Part shown: positions 20,801-29,895 of the stretch, one piece after another
Layout of the letters: every line of letters begins with the position of its first letter
Numbering within the stretch: the first letter of the stretch is position 1
IMG/VR virus record: IMGVR_UViG_3300037089_000506
DNA from: a virus
Length of the DNA: 64,000 nt
Direction: 5' to 3' (one strand)
Notes under the pieces: generated by a model
The model's database searches: none
The model's input: the letters and a program-made list of their open reading frames with translations, nothing else
What the model was told of the DNA's origin: nothing
Program-made: the position numbers and the translations under genes

Positions 20801-21036
20801 ATAAATTGGAGTTACTTCCACCATGGCAGTATTTGTGCTAATCCATGAGGATATTTCGCAATAGCATAAGTATTGCTCTGGGGGGTAACTCCTTAAGAGC
20901 TAGTAGTAGTATCAGTAAATGGGCATACCCGTTAGGGCCGCCCAAGTAGAGTCTACGTAATTCCATCAGTTTATTGCTTGGCAGTTTTCTTAAAGTCTAT
21001 ATCGTGACAGAGGCATTGGCGACAATGATATAATTT

Positions 21037-21130
21037 AACGTAGGCATTGGTTCGAATCCAATCTTTCCCACTGTAAGCTTTATTAAAGAGCTTATTGTGG
21101 GAGAGGAGAGTCGGTGGCAGACTCGGCGTT
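21037..21130 (+). ncRNA. circularly permuted tRNA-like domain (YrlA-like) within a ~430 nt structured 3' region
   Basis: order AC3'-variable-T arm-acceptor3'-linker-acceptor5'-D arm-AC5', all stems paired. Confidence 0.7.
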
Positions 21131-21208
21131 TTTAGTAAAAATCATTGGGTGACTTCGGCCCGAAAGGATACTAGCAGCACTTACAATAGTCTTGAAAACT
21201 ATTAATCG

Positions 21209-21245
21209 GGCCGGGGGAAGGTAAGACCCCCGGTCCTTCTTTTTA
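21209..21245 (+). terminator. intrinsic terminator
   Basis: GGCCGGGGG/CCCCCGGTC hairpin plus T tract. Confidence 0.7.
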
Positions 21246-21258
21246 TTAGACTAATTAT

Positions 21259-21792
21259 ATGAGGTGTAATATGGACTATTTTACATTAAATAACGTGAAA
21301 GTATTTATGACATCAGCTCCGAATAATCTAGATATGGCAGAAATGCTAGGAATGGAAATGGAAGAAAATGAGATTAAATTAGCAATAGTATTATTAGGGG
21401 AAGAAGAATTAAAAAGATTATATGGAGATACTGTTTCTTTATTCAAAGTTTATTCTTCCTATGGAACCAAAGTATTATCCTATCCCATACCAGACTTTGA
21501 GGTTCCTGCTGATATAAGTAAATTTAATCAAGCTGTAGAAACAGTATGTGGTTATATAAAAAATAATAATGTGCTAGTACATTGCTGGGGTGGGCATGGT
21601 AGAACAGGAATTATGACAGTAGGAATTTGTGTGAGAACGGGGATGTCAGTAGAGAATGCGTATGAAATGATATCTAAAAAAAGAAAAATATTAGAAACAA
21701 ATGAACAATTTGAATTTTTATATGACTATGAAGAGTTTTGTATTAAATTAAGGAGTGAATATGATATTAGAGGAACAGCTACAAGTACTTAA
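21259..21792 (+). CDS. Cys-based (CX5R) tyrosine/dual-specificity phosphatase
   Basis: VLVHCWGGHGRTG. Confidence 0.85.
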   Translation: MRCNMDYFTLNNVKVFMTSAPNNLDMAEMLGMEMEENEIKLAIVLLGEEELKRLYGDTVSLFKVYSSYGTKVLSYPIPDFEVPADISKFNQAVETVCGYIKNNNVLVHCWGGHGRTGIMTVGICVRTGMSVENAYEMISKKRKILETNEQFEFLYDYEEFCIKLRSEYDIRGTATST

Positions 21793-22402
21793 TAATTATA
21801 TTGTCCAATTTATTCAGTATATGAAGGACAATAATAGATTTATTGTCTATGACTTGGAAACCAATGGATTTGTAGCTAACCCAATGCCTTCAGTATTATC
21901 AATATCAGCAGAATTATGTAAATTAAACTCCAATAAGACTATATCGGTTATTGATACTTATAATAGATTCTATTATTGTAAAGAGGAATATAACCCTAAA
22001 GCTACAAAAGTAAATGGACTCATTGATGATGAAATAAATAAAAGACGGATTGAAATTTGTGGTAGTTTTGATGATTACACTGATTATTTTTTAGATGACA
22101 TTGCTTCTTTTAAAACCTTTTGTGGTAATACCTCTGTATTCCTTGGATTTAATAATACTGGATTTGATAATATATTTCTTGAGGACTATATGATATTTCC
22201 TCACTCTCTGGATATAATGGTAGTTCAGGCTGCTCTAGAAAATGGTAAGTATAGGAAGCTGAAAGAAGTAGCCCCTGACTATGATGTTATTACTGATGAA
22301 GCAGAATTACATCAATCTTCTTATGATGTATACTTGACTAAAAGTATTTTTAGTAGTATGCTTAGTATGTCAACAGTGAGGATGATTGAACTAAAGGAGT
22401 AG
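21755..22402 (+). CDS. DEDDh 3'-5' exonuclease
   Basis: VYDLETNG, FNNTGFD, H.SSYDV. Confidence 0.8.
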   Translation: MNMILEEQLQVLNNYIVQFIQYMKDNNRFIVYDLETNGFVANPMPSVLSISAELCKLNSNKTISVIDTYNRFYYCKEEYNPKATKVNGLIDDEINKRRIEICGSFDDYTDYFLDDIASFKTFCGNTSVFLGFNNTGFDNIFLEDYMIFPHSLDIMVVQAALENGKYRKLKEVAPDYDVITDEAELHQSSYDVYLTKSIFSSMLSMSTVRMIELKE

Positions 22403-22876
22403 AAATGGAAAAGCCTAAAGTAGTATTGACTGGTGCTGATGGCAATGTATTCAATCTACTGAGCATCTGTACTAAAGCCCTGAAAGAGGCAGGGCAGAGG
22501 GATAAGGCTAAGGAGCTGGGGGAGAAGTTGTGGGAGGCGAGTTCGTATGAACACGCTCTATGTTTAATGGCAGAATTTTGTGAGGTAGAATAAATGGATG
22601 CGAATGATCTGATGGAAAAGTTCACTGTTAAGTATCAAGTTATTGTTTTAATTATACTGGGCATTCTAGGTTCTATTGCTCTAGGCACGTTTGCTCTTTC
22701 AATGGAAGGGCTGTTTCAGATTGTATTTGCAATAGGAGCAGGATTAGTATGCTGGTATATATCAAGGTCAGAGTTTGAGATTTATTCTCGTCCTGTTCTG
22801 ACTTCATATTATTCATTGGGTGTACTACTAATGATGCTATCTTTTGCAGCAGTATTTCTTCAATGAAATTATTCAA

Positions 22877-22952
22877 GCGAGTGTATCTCCTCACTCTGAT
22901 AAGGTGTTGAAAGGGTAGTAGGTGCAGGGAGGTTCGAGTCCTCCAACTCGCA
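22877..22952 (+). tRNA. D-armless tRNA-Ile(GAT)-like gene
   Basis: GCGAGT/ACTCGC acceptor, CACT-CTGATAA-GGTG arm, canonical T arm; only 8 nt where the D arm belongs and a ~21-nt variable region. Confidence 0.5.
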
Positions 22953-22972
22953 CATTGGGAATTAGATAATAT

Positions 22973-23044
22973 GCGGTATTAGCTCAGGGGTAGAGTCCTA
23001 GTTTTCCAAACTCGGGGTCGTCGGTTCGAATCCGATATGCCGCT
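22973..23044 (+). tRNA. tRNA-Gly(TCC)
   Basis: loop TTTCCAA, U73. Confidence 0.85.
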
Positions 23045-23413
23045 TTATAAAGGAGATGAATATGAATATGTTTGAATTTTTTGAAATGAAGGTTAACTAT
23101 GAGGAGCGCAAAGTAGATAACACTATTATTCCAAGTGTTGATGCTGTTATTGATACATGCGCCGTTAATGATTCTACTCAGCCTTATGAAACTGCTATTA
23201 AATGCAGTCATTACAATAATGGGGAATGGGTAGTAGTGGAGCAGTATGATAGTAAAGAAGAGGCTCAAAAGGGGCATGAGAGATGGGTACAAGTATTCAA
23301 GTCGTCACTCCCTACAAAGCTTATAGATGTTTCTGAGTGTCACATAGCTTCAGAGCTTACTGCTTTAGAGGGGAAAAGAGAGTATCTTTTAAATACATCA
23401 AATTAATTTTAAT

Positions 23414-23486
23414 CTACGGTTAGCTCAGTTGGTAGAGCCCTTGGCCGAAGACCAAGTTGTCCTCCGTTCGACTCGGAGACCGTGGA
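23414..23486 (+). tRNA. tRNA-Phe(GAA)
   Basis: CTTGG-CCGAAGA-CCAAG. Confidence 0.9.
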
Positions 23487-23488
23487 CT

Positions 23489-23561
23489 GTGACTGAGGCA
23501 GATTTGGTGTTGCGCCACCCTGTGAAGGTAGAGATAGAGGGTTCGACTCCCTCCAGCCACC
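23489..23561 (+). tRNA. tRNA-His(GTG)
   Basis: loop CTGTGAA, C73. Confidence 0.85.
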
Positions 23562-23574
23562 CTATAAAAAATAA

Positions 23575-23656
23575 GGGTCCGTGGTGGAACTGGCATACAC
23601 GTTGGTCTTAGGAACCAATGCCGAAAGGATTGAGGGTTCAACTCCCTTTGGACCCA
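23575..23656 (+). tRNA. tRNA-Leu(TAG)
   Basis: TTGGT-CTTAGGA-ACCAA, long variable arm. Confidence 0.9.
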
Positions 23657-23660
23657 TCGT

Positions 23661-23734
23661 GCCTTTGTAGCTCATATGGACAGAGCACTTCTCCACGAAA
23701 GAGGATGTAACAGGTTCGAACCCTGCCAAAGGTA
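23661..23734 (+). tRNA. tRNA-Arg(ACG)
   Basis: loop CCACGAA, A20 in D loop. Confidence 0.85.
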
Positions 23735-23736
23735 AT

Positions 23737-23838
23737 GGTTCTGTAGCTCAAATGGACAGAGCAACTGCCCTCTTTTTTACTTTAGCAGTAGAGTAATAAA
23801 GAAGCAGTAGGTAGCCCGTTCGAACCGGGCCAGGATCA
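23737..23838 (+). tRNA. tRNA-Arg(TCT) with 28-nt insert (23774-23801) at 36/37
   Basis: removal gives ACTGC-CCTCTAA-GCAGT; D loop nearly identical to the neighbouring Arg(ACG). Confidence 0.85.
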
Positions 23839-23840
23839 AA

Positions 23841-23940
23841 GGGACTAAGGCCGATTGGTTTAGGCACCGGCCTTTTTGAATACTTTTTAATAGAGTATTG
23901 AAAAAGCCGGTTGTGGTAGGTTCGATTCCTATTAGTCCCA
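23841..23940 (+). tRNA. tRNA-Lys(TTT) with 27-nt insert (23877-23903) at 36/37
   Basis: removal gives CCGGC-CTTTTAA-GCCGG; canonical D and T arms. Confidence 0.85.
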
Positions 23941-23962
23941 TAACTAATTATATGAGGATAGT

Positions 23963-24340
23963 ATGGCAGCAAAAAAAAAGAAAGTAATTGAAGTATGGGA
24001 AATTATTGTTATTAGTGTAGGCTTAGCTATAGGCTTATATGTGTTTGCTATAAAGCCCTATGTTGTTCCTTGGGTACAAGAAAAATTAAATATAGGCTTA
24101 GTGGCAGCAGTTCCTGCTAAAACAGAAATGATGTTACAATCATTAAAGTCAAGAGAATCAGCACCAGTATCAGCAGAGCGACAAGCCATTGAGGCTCTTA
24201 GGCTGAAGCACCTGAAGGTAAAGAATTTATTAGATGATGCTAATCAGATTTTTGGTATTGTTGCTTCATTGGTAGGTATTATTATAGGATTAAAAACCTT
24301 ACTAAGAAATGTAAAGGCTAAGAAGGTAGCAGTAAAGTAA
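23963..24340 (+). CDS. small two-TM membrane protein
   Basis: two hydrophobic helices, basic termini; function unknown (holin-like is a guess). Confidence 0.5.
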   Translation: MAAKKKKVIEVWEIIVISVGLAIGLYVFAIKPYVVPWVQEKLNIGLVAAVPAKTEMMLQSLKSRESAPVSAERQAIEALRLKHLKVKNLLDDANQIFGIVASLVGIIIGLKTLLRNVKAKKVAVK

Positions 24341-24345
24341 CACAA

Positions 24346-24416
24346 GGGGCTATAGCTCAGTTGTAGAGCGGTAGATCTGCATTCTACAGGTCGAGATGTC
24401 AAAGTCTCTAGCTCCA
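24346..24416 (+). tRNA. tRNA-Ala(TGC), variant T loop
   Basis: G3:U70, A73, GTAGA-TCTGCAT-TCTAC; T loop GTCAAA. Confidence 0.75.
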
Positions 24417-24863
24417 TTATTTTTTAGGGTAAGTTATGTCAAGCCAATTTTGAAAATATATTTTTTGTTCTGGTGTCAATTCATCTAGTGGAGGCAATGC
24501 ATTCGCCTTTATTTCTTCCATGAATTGAGTATTCTCTTTAAGCTGGACTAATGTTTCTCCATAATATTTCTTAGCATCTTCTCTAACATTCAAATTTGTT
24601 TTCTTGAAATCCCCTGCATGTCCTATTTCAATATGGTGATTCTCCTCAGGCTTACCCGATTCTGTTTCACATAAAGTGATAAGATTGTTTTCATCGAGTT
24701 CAAGTTCTGGTCTGCCAAAATTTATAATAAGTTCGAAAGACGCAACGTGATGAACATTAACTGCTTCAGTCTTACCACAAGCTTCACAGGCTGGATGCTT
24801 AGAGAGATAATCATGCATTACTTTATGCCATTCTGGGGAGCGTTTTTGATTGTGTAGTTCCAT
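24417..24863 (-). CDS. HNH endonuclease
   Basis: CEAC, VHH, NLITLCE, HH motifs. Confidence 0.75.
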   Translation of the reverse strand: MELHNQKRSPEWHKVMHDYLSKHPACEACGKTEAVNVHHVASFELIINFGRPELELDENNLITLCETESGKPEENHHIEIGHAGDFKKTNLNVREDAKKYYGETLVQLKENTQFMEEIKANALPPLDELTPEQKIYFQNWLDITYPKK

Positions 24864-24888
24864 AAATAATTAGTTTCACTAACTACAT

Positions 24889-25809
24889 ATGGTTAGGCTT
24901 ATAGAAGAGGAAGAATACACATTATTACTTGAAGGCTCAAGAATGAGTTGTATGGAGTTTGTAGAAAACTCACATCTGTATGAAAAAGTTTTTGATATAG
25001 ATGATAAAGATATAGAAATATTATCTTTACCTTTTATTCGGTTTACAAAACTCTTAGATTCTATTGCTATAAGCAATAATAAAAGTAAACTATTAGATAT
25101 CATGCAAGTGCCTTATAGGTATCAGCATATAACTAAGTCAGAAGAATTACTCTCTCCTATTTGTACTAAGACTCATAGAAAGCATCCTATTTCAATATAT
25201 TTTATACCATATTGTAATTGGTTTTATGATGGTGCTTTGGATTATATTAGTGTTGGCTATCCTATGGTGATGTATGACTTAATGAAGAAATGGTATTATT
25301 CTAATGAAATTTTTACTGATTTTAATGATGTATATACTTCAATAGTACCTAATAGACATATTGGTTCTATGAATAGAATTGACCAAGATATAATTTATGC
25401 TAAAGATAAAAAACTTTTTACTTTAGAGGAATATCAAACGGGAGTATATCATGAAATATCTCATTGGATATATGAAACATTATATACTACTAATAGTAAT
25501 TATATAAAAAATAGGCATGATTCTTCGTATCAAAGGGCTGCTAAGTATTACAAAGTTCCTAATATAATATTTTCTACTGTGGAACTTAATGCATATATCC
25601 ATGGATTACTTCAAAGAAAGAAAATGATGGGGGAGGATGAGTGGAATAATCTAACAATAGATGATTTATTTGAAATAGACCCTGGATTAGATGTAGTAAT
25701 GTCCTATGCTCAAAAGGATGCTATACATAAGCAAGCATTTAATAATTTTAAGCAACAAATAGTATCAAGATTAAATAGAGAACATATGCTTGGCACTAAT
25801 ATGAAATAA
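24889..25809 (+). CDS. HExxH-containing protein (possible Zn peptidase)
   Basis: VYHEISHW and ELNAY. Confidence 0.4.
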   Translation: MVRLIEEEEYTLLLEGSRMSCMEFVENSHLYEKVFDIDDKDIEILSLPFIRFTKLLDSIAISNNKSKLLDIMQVPYRYQHITKSEELLSPICTKTHRKHPISIYFIPYCNWFYDGALDYISVGYPMVMYDLMKKWYYSNEIFTDFNDVYTSIVPNRHIGSMNRIDQDIIYAKDKKLFTLEEYQTGVYHEISHWIYETLYTTNSNYIKNRHDSSYQRAAKYYKVPNIIFSTVELNAYIHGLLQRKKMMGEDEWNNLTIDDLFEIDPGLDVVMSYAQKDAIHKQAFNNFKQQIVSRLNREHMLGTNMK

Positions 25810-26082
25810 GGAGATTTATATGGATATAGATGTAAACAAAATAGCAGCTAAATTGGATTTACTTAGACTCAGACTAAACCAACAGAGGGACTTGACAGAG
25901 GAATTGACTAAGCTGTATATTGAAATCAATGTAATGTTAGGCACTCCCATTGATGTGCCTGTAGACCAGAGAACAAAAGCAAAAGCAGCATGGGGGGCTG
26001 ATCCTAATTATGTAAAGCCACCTGTAACCCCAGAGAGTCAAATTATGAAAGATCATATGCTTCAGAGAGATTGGTAATATAT

Positions 26083-26125
26083 CGGGATGTAGCTCAGATA
26101 GTAGAGCGGGTGGTTTGGGGCCATC
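26083..26125 (+). pseudogene. truncated tRNA-Pro(TGG): T arm and 3' acceptor lost
   Basis: CGGGATG, D arm, GGTGG-TTTGGGG-CCATC, then no T arm. Confidence 0.55.
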
Positions 26126-26178
26126 AGTTGACTAGAGAATTCTGATTTGGGAATACATTCCCTTTCTCAAAACACTAA

Positions 26179-26598
26179 TTGTGTATGGAAAAGAAATGTT
26201 TTAGATGTAATGCTTATAAAGATATATCTTCCTTCTCAAAATCCAAAAAGACTCCTGATAAATTACATTCTTGGTGTAAGGAATGTGTAAAAGATTATGA
26301 TCATAATCGTCATATAAACAAAAGATACACTATTCTTTTACAAAAAAAAGAATATAGAGAAAGTAGAAGATTCTGGTTAAAGGAGTACAAAAAAGGAAAA
26401 GTATGTCTACGGTGTGGAGAAAGTCATCCGGCTTGTTTGGTATTTCATCATAAAGATGATACTATAAAAGAAAATAATATAGCAGATATGATAAGAGGAG
26501 GGTATTCACTTAAAAATATAAAAAAAGAAATTGATAAATGTGAGGTTTTATGTTCTAATTGTCATAATAAAGAGCATTTCTCTAAAGATTATTTATAG
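26179..26598 (+). mobile_element. HNH homing endonuclease
   Basis: CFRC..CKEC Zn finger; CLRC, FHH, CEVLCSNCH; stop codon overlaps tRNA-Pro. Confidence 0.8.
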
Positions 26599-26668
26599 CC
26601 GATGTGGTGTAATCCGGCAGCACATGGCATTTGGGATGCTAGGGCACAGTTCAAATCTGGCATCGGCT
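26598..26668 (+). tRNA. tRNA-Pro(TGG)
   Basis: TGGCA-TTTGGGA-TGCTA. Confidence 0.8.
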
Positions 26669-27322
26669 ATTTTCCTATTGACTTTTTTAAAAAACCATAG
26701 TATACTATTTATAGATAGGAACTGCTAGACGGTTACCTAATCTAAGGAGTTAATATGTACAGTATGGTTAAGGAGTATCTTGAAAAGAACAAGGTTATTA
26801 TCACCTACGTGAGAAACGACCTTGGTTTCAAGATAGGAATTGTCGTGGCTATAGGTCAAGACAAAATTGGATGGTCTCTTGTAAACCATCGACACGATTA
26901 TGAGAAGAGGTATCTTAAGCCCCACCAAATTCCCGCAATCCAGAAAATGTTGCAGCGCATGAAAGATTACAAGCCTGGAGTGCTGGACAAGAATGGAAAG
27001 GAAATTCCTTTCCCCAAGATAGACATTTTCAAGTCGAAAGCATATCGCCTGTACTTGGATATGTTGCGTGATACTAACTGGGATGCAACTAGTGAGATTC
27101 CGGTTCCTTCCTTCGATAGAGAAGAAGGACTTCGTAGGGCTATTGAAATGGCAGTCAATGGAACTTTCAAAGTAGCATCATGGCTTACTCATCCATGGGA
27201 TCGCCCTCTGAACAGCTATATGAGAGAAGCCATCACCCAAATGATTGACCGCTCCCATAGGGTTAAAATGTTTCAGGCGTAAGGAGGTAAATAGTGAGGG
27301 ATTGTATTAGTTAAGTTCTTTA

Positions 27323-27625
27323 TAGGGTTGTAGCTTGTACGAGGCATAAGGCCATGCTATTGACTATAAGTACCATATTTATTAGGGCTAAGTCCAACCC
27401 TACGGGAATAGTTCCCATACTATTATTACCTACCTAATCTAGAGGGTGGATATGGGATTGCTGCGAACGACTAGTGCTGCTGGGTGGAGAGGTCGAGTCC
27501 TTACCAAGGATTAGGGGAACAACCTGAGATGGGTGTCTGTTGAAGGCCCTGAGCGTAATATTGGCGTGGTTGCTAAAATCCAGCAGCATCAGTAGAGAGA
27601 GAGGATGCCTTCTCTCTCTTTTTTA
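27323..27625 (+). ncRNA. unassigned structured intergenic RNA ending in a terminator
   Basis: TAGGGTTG/CAACCCTA, TCCCATA/TATGGGA, TGCTGCTGG/CCAGCAGCA helices; (AG)n/(CT)n terminator. Confidence 0.45.
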
Positions 27626-29708
27626 TCTTTTCTACTTGACATTTTTAATGAAATATGGTAGATTATATATGAGATAGCTGGAGGATAAAACCATACTTTT
27701 TACAAGGAGAAGAAAATGAACATATCTGTTATTATTCCTGTTGATGATCTTCATCAGTATCAATACAATTTTTGGTTTTATGATAATAATAATACTCTTT
27801 ACCTGGATGGATATTATGAAGTATCCAAACAAACAAAAAGGCATCACTGGTGTGTTCAACGAGGATATGATAGACTCTCTGGACGTTATCCTTATCCTAA
27901 AATTCCTCTTAATGAGGTTCCTTTTAATGAAGATATAAAGGAACAAGCAAAGAAAGTTCTTATAGACAGCATACAAGTTAAATTTTGGGAAAAGGAATAA
28001 GGAGCTTAGAATGGAAACAAAGAATGTTTGTTATTTACCATGGACAACAATATTAACTATTATATTTGTTGTATTAAAACTTACAAAAGCTATTGCTTGG
28101 AGCTGGTGGTGGGTGTTAAGTCCATTGTTGATTGTAATAGGTATAATAGGTATAGTTATATGTATCTATGCATTGATAGGATTACTTCATATTTTTTCTA
28201 AATAGGAGAATGTGATGCCTAAAGGTATTATTACTGATGAGCACAAGAAAGCAATGAAAGAAGGTAGAGAAAGAGCTAGAGCAGAAAAGATAGCCAATGG
28301 TGAACCTTTGAGAGTATCAAGAAAACAAAAGACAGTACAATCCCAAGGTAAACCTAAGCTATATATTACTGGAAAAGAAAAAGATGCATTGGATTTCTTT
28401 CCTAGTATTAGAGAGTCTTTACGCCCTCTTTATAGAAATAAAGAATGTGATGATATATGTATAGAGCTTTCCCATTCTCCTACATGGCAAAATGTAAGAT
28501 TAGTATTAAATAGACTCCAAGAAATTTTTGATATAGTAGAGAATAATATAATCAAAGCTAAACCTGTAAAAATAAGAAAGAAAAGAGAATTTACTGAAGA
28601 ACAAAGAAAAGCAATAGGTGAAAGATTTGCTTTAGCTCGTGCTAAGAAAGAATTAAAATGAATAATATTTTAGTTTTTATTATGCATTGAGCCTGCTTTG
28701 GATAAGGAGTGACTATGACAATACAAGAAGAGATATTAGAGCTTGAAACAAAACTTGAAAAACTTAAAGAAAAACAAAAAGAGCAACAAAAAAGAAAAGA
28801 ATTTAAAATAATAGACTGTATACAACTTAATATTATAGGTAGGAAAGGCTCACAAGGTTTTGACTATTCTGAAACAGTTATTGGACAGCGAGAATCACTA
28901 TATTCTTTTCAAAAAAATATAGAGGGTTCTATTATGTTAGAACAATACGCATATGATATAGCATTTAGAGCTATAGATCCAATTAAAAGAATGCAAGTTA
29001 TTTCAACATTCCCTTTGATTTTCTAAATACTAATTATACATGACAACAGAAAACATTTTGAAACTTGATGAAGGAATGATGATTGAAGAAGAGGTATTAG
29101 AAGAAGCATTAAGGGTTGCCCGATTACAACTTGGCTTCAAGCAGGTAATCCCTGGAGTTAATATAATGGACGCACACCAATCAGTGCCTGTCTTTGGAAC
29201 CCATTGGGGCAGGGGACTACTTATATCCTATCAAGGCAGATTCGACGCCGTAGTAGGCTCCTGTGGTACCTCTCATGCTGAATTGAAGAAGCAGATGCAG
29301 CCAGGAGAAAGCACTGAAGGCACTTTTTATTATGGATATGATGGTAGAACTAAAACCCTTTATTTGGATTATGCTACCGATAGAACCTTCGAATTTAATA
29401 ATAAAACAATGGGAGCTATTATTAATGCTTTACGCTTGACACCAGGATTCTTTCATAATATGATAGTAGGATAAGGAGGAAGTATGCTTAATTTTGATTT
29501 TATGGAGTCGGAACATGAGGAGAACGAGGAGGACAATGTACAATTTGGTCCTAAATGGAATCCCTTCTATAAACCACATCCCTGTGAAAGATGTGGAGCT
29601 ACGAATACTGAGTATGTAGAAGACCCCTATAATTCTGAAATACTTGATGATCATGAAATGCATTGGTTCTGTCCTGATTGCTATAGAGAGTTAATACAAG
29701 ACATATAA

Positions 29709-29783
29709 GGGAAATTAGCTCAGTTGGTTTAGAGCATCTGTTTTACACGCAGAGGGTCGTAGGTTCGACTCCTACATTTCCCA
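29709..29783 (+). tRNA. tRNA-Val(TAC)
   Basis: TCTGT-TTTACAC-GCAGA. Confidence 0.9.
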
Positions 29784-29789
29784 TTTTTT

Positions 29790-29890
29790 GAGCCGATAGC
29801 TCCAACAGTAGAGCGGGTGGCTGTAAAATACTTTCTTACGAGAGTACTTTAGTAACCACCTTGTTGTAGGTTCGATTCCTGCTCGGCTCG
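29790..29890 (+). tRNA. tRNA-Asn(GTT) with 28-nt insert (29825-29852) at 35/36
   Basis: removal gives GGTGG-CTGTTAA-CCACC; G73, short variable loop. Confidence 0.8.
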
Positions 29891-29895
29891 TACTT

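Noticed and set aside
21037-21130. Two-piece (permuted) tmRNA
   Set aside because: No G3:U70 pair, a full D stem is present, and no tag frame follows.
18785-29852. Archaeal BHB-type or group I tRNA introns
   Set aside because: Inserts are too short for group I and show no bulge-helix-bulge at the junctions; positions are 36/37 and 35/36 rather than 37/38.
29790-29890. tRNA-Tyr(GTA) reading of the interrupted gene
   Set aside because: Body lacks the Tyr long variable arm, has G73, a normal Tyr exists at 33985, and the intron geometry only matches for Asn.
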